From positions 19,410 to 83,409 of the forward strand of contig JBMORG010000001.1 in assembly GCA_049322355.1 (NCBI GenBank): a stretch of 64,000 bases of DNA. The letters are read 5' to 3'. Source of the DNA: Thermodesulfobacteriota bacterium (GTDB lineage Bacteria > Desulfobacterota > Desulfobaccia > Desulfobaccales > 0-14-0-80-60-11). The notes beneath the pieces were generated by a model. The model searched no databases. It saw only the letters and a program-made list of their open reading frames with translations, and was not told the DNA's origin. The translations under genes were made by a program, and so were the position numbers. Positions 63,475-64,000 of the stretch are shown here, in pieces; position 1 is the first letter of the stretch; the number at the start of each line of letters is the position of its first letter.

Positions 63475-63685
63475 TTAATCCCTGCCCGGAGGTTTCCGAG
63501 TTTCAACGGTAAAGGCTTTGATGAGGTTGTCCAGGTCGTTGGGTTAAACAGGGTGCGCCGTCCAATTTTTGCGTAAGGGATTCGGCGCCGGCTAACCCAC
63601 CCCGCAATGAGTATTTACTGATTCCCAGACGCTGGGCTGCCTCGTCAACGGTGAGCAAGCCCTTGGGCATTTCCTTTTGCACCAA
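63475..63685 (-). pseudogene. Decayed excisionase-family HTH gene (two frameshifts)
   Basis: Frame 1 reads MPKGLLTVDEAAQRLGISKYSLRG. A second frame reads WVSRRRIPYAKIGRRTLFNP. A third frame reads DLDNLIKAFTVETRKPPGRD-stop. Spliced together, the three pieces recreate a typical excisionase HTH like the intact one at 27882. Confidence 0.55.
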
Positions 63686-63943
63686 ATCGTTTTCTCATTG
63701 CCGGACTTGCCCCGCGCACATCTGAGTCCGCTCCAAAGCAATCACTAACCGATCAATGAGTTCCACAAATTTTGGATTCACCTTGCACAACCAAAGGGTC
63801 TAATCAGTTTCCAAATTATCTCTCCTTGCGTGAGCTTATGTACCCGTGATTTGGCCGGTGATACCCCAAGCTGCTACCCCAATAATTTTTTGTTAAGGCT
63901 TGTGATATGGGAGGTCCTGTCAAAGCTCTACCAGAGGCAATTT

Positions 63944-63968
63944 TGCTACCCCAATTGCTACCCCAGAA
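63944..63968. repeat. Right copy of the 25-bp direct repeat (tandem TGCTACCCCA motifs), candidate att or arm site
   Basis: tgctaccccaAttgctaccccagaa. Extra related motifs lie at 63860-63881 (gataccccaag ctgctacccca). Confidence 0.6.
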
Positions 63969-64000
63969 CATAAATGAGGTTAAACCTATCGGCTAACCCC

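Larger units (their letters stand above)
33547..63968. mobile_element. Integrative element 2: phage-satellite-like island (int, alpA, primase, iteron ori, terS) carrying a defence-gene cargo
   Basis: A P4-type integrase sits at the left end. A 25-bp direct repeat (24 of 25 identical) lies at 33686-33710 and 63944-63968. The replication/packaging module spans 35.9-41.9 kb and the defence genes span 42-63 kb. No capsid, portal, tail or large-terminase genes were seen. Confidence 0.6.

Overview
The window has two parts. All domain calls come from motif recognition by eye; no database or HMM search was run.

**Backbone, bases 1 to ~22.8 kb.** This looks like chromosomal DNA.
- It opens with the 3' end of an ExeA-like ATPase gene.
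- A ~17-kb same-strand surface-polysaccharide locus of the ABC-transporter-dependent (Wzm/Wzt) type follows. It holds a tyrosine-kinase-like P-loop ATPase, five GT4 and two GT2 glycosyltransferases, a Wzy/O-antigen-ligase-like membrane protein, a hexapeptide acetyltransferase, a PaaK/CapK-like adenylating enzyme and a secreted beta-propeller-like protein.
- Visibly AT-rich cassettes sit inside this locus.
- Next come a LysR-associated operon (small ORF, MBL hydrolase, DsrE-like protein) and a TetR plus B12-binding radical-SAM pair.

**Accessory and mobile DNA, ~22.85 kb to the window end.**
- A decayed IS1380-type transposase relic.
- A low-GC three-gene cluster: sigma-like protein, unknown protein, ImmA/IrrE-like metalloprotease.
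- An intact IS5-family element with 16-bp inverted repeats and a TTAG target duplication.
- Integrative element 1: HTH, Toprim/DUF927 primase, tyrosine integrase. It ends at a 3' fragment of a tRNA-Thr(CGU)-like gene.
- Integrative element 2, ~30 kb, with a phage-satellite-like core: P4-type integrase, AlpA, Toprim primase, a GGTTTCA iteron origin, small terminase and a DUF5681-like protein.

**Defence cargo of element 2, ~21 kb.**
- An unusual type I R-M operon: free HsdM, a DUF262/DUF1524/HEPN nuclease, an HsdM-HsdS fusion, and HsdR. The last three genes are joined by ATGA overlaps.
- A 1,897-aa DUF4011-like SF1 helicase with a DUF559/Vsr-like nuclease domain (Hhe-like) and an extra low-GC tail.
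- A 1,257-aa reverse transcriptase-nitrilase fusion (DRT1/UG1-like) with a 593-bp ORF-free upstream region.
- A very AT-rich orphan polytopic membrane protein.

No rRNA, intact tRNA or CRISPR array was seen.
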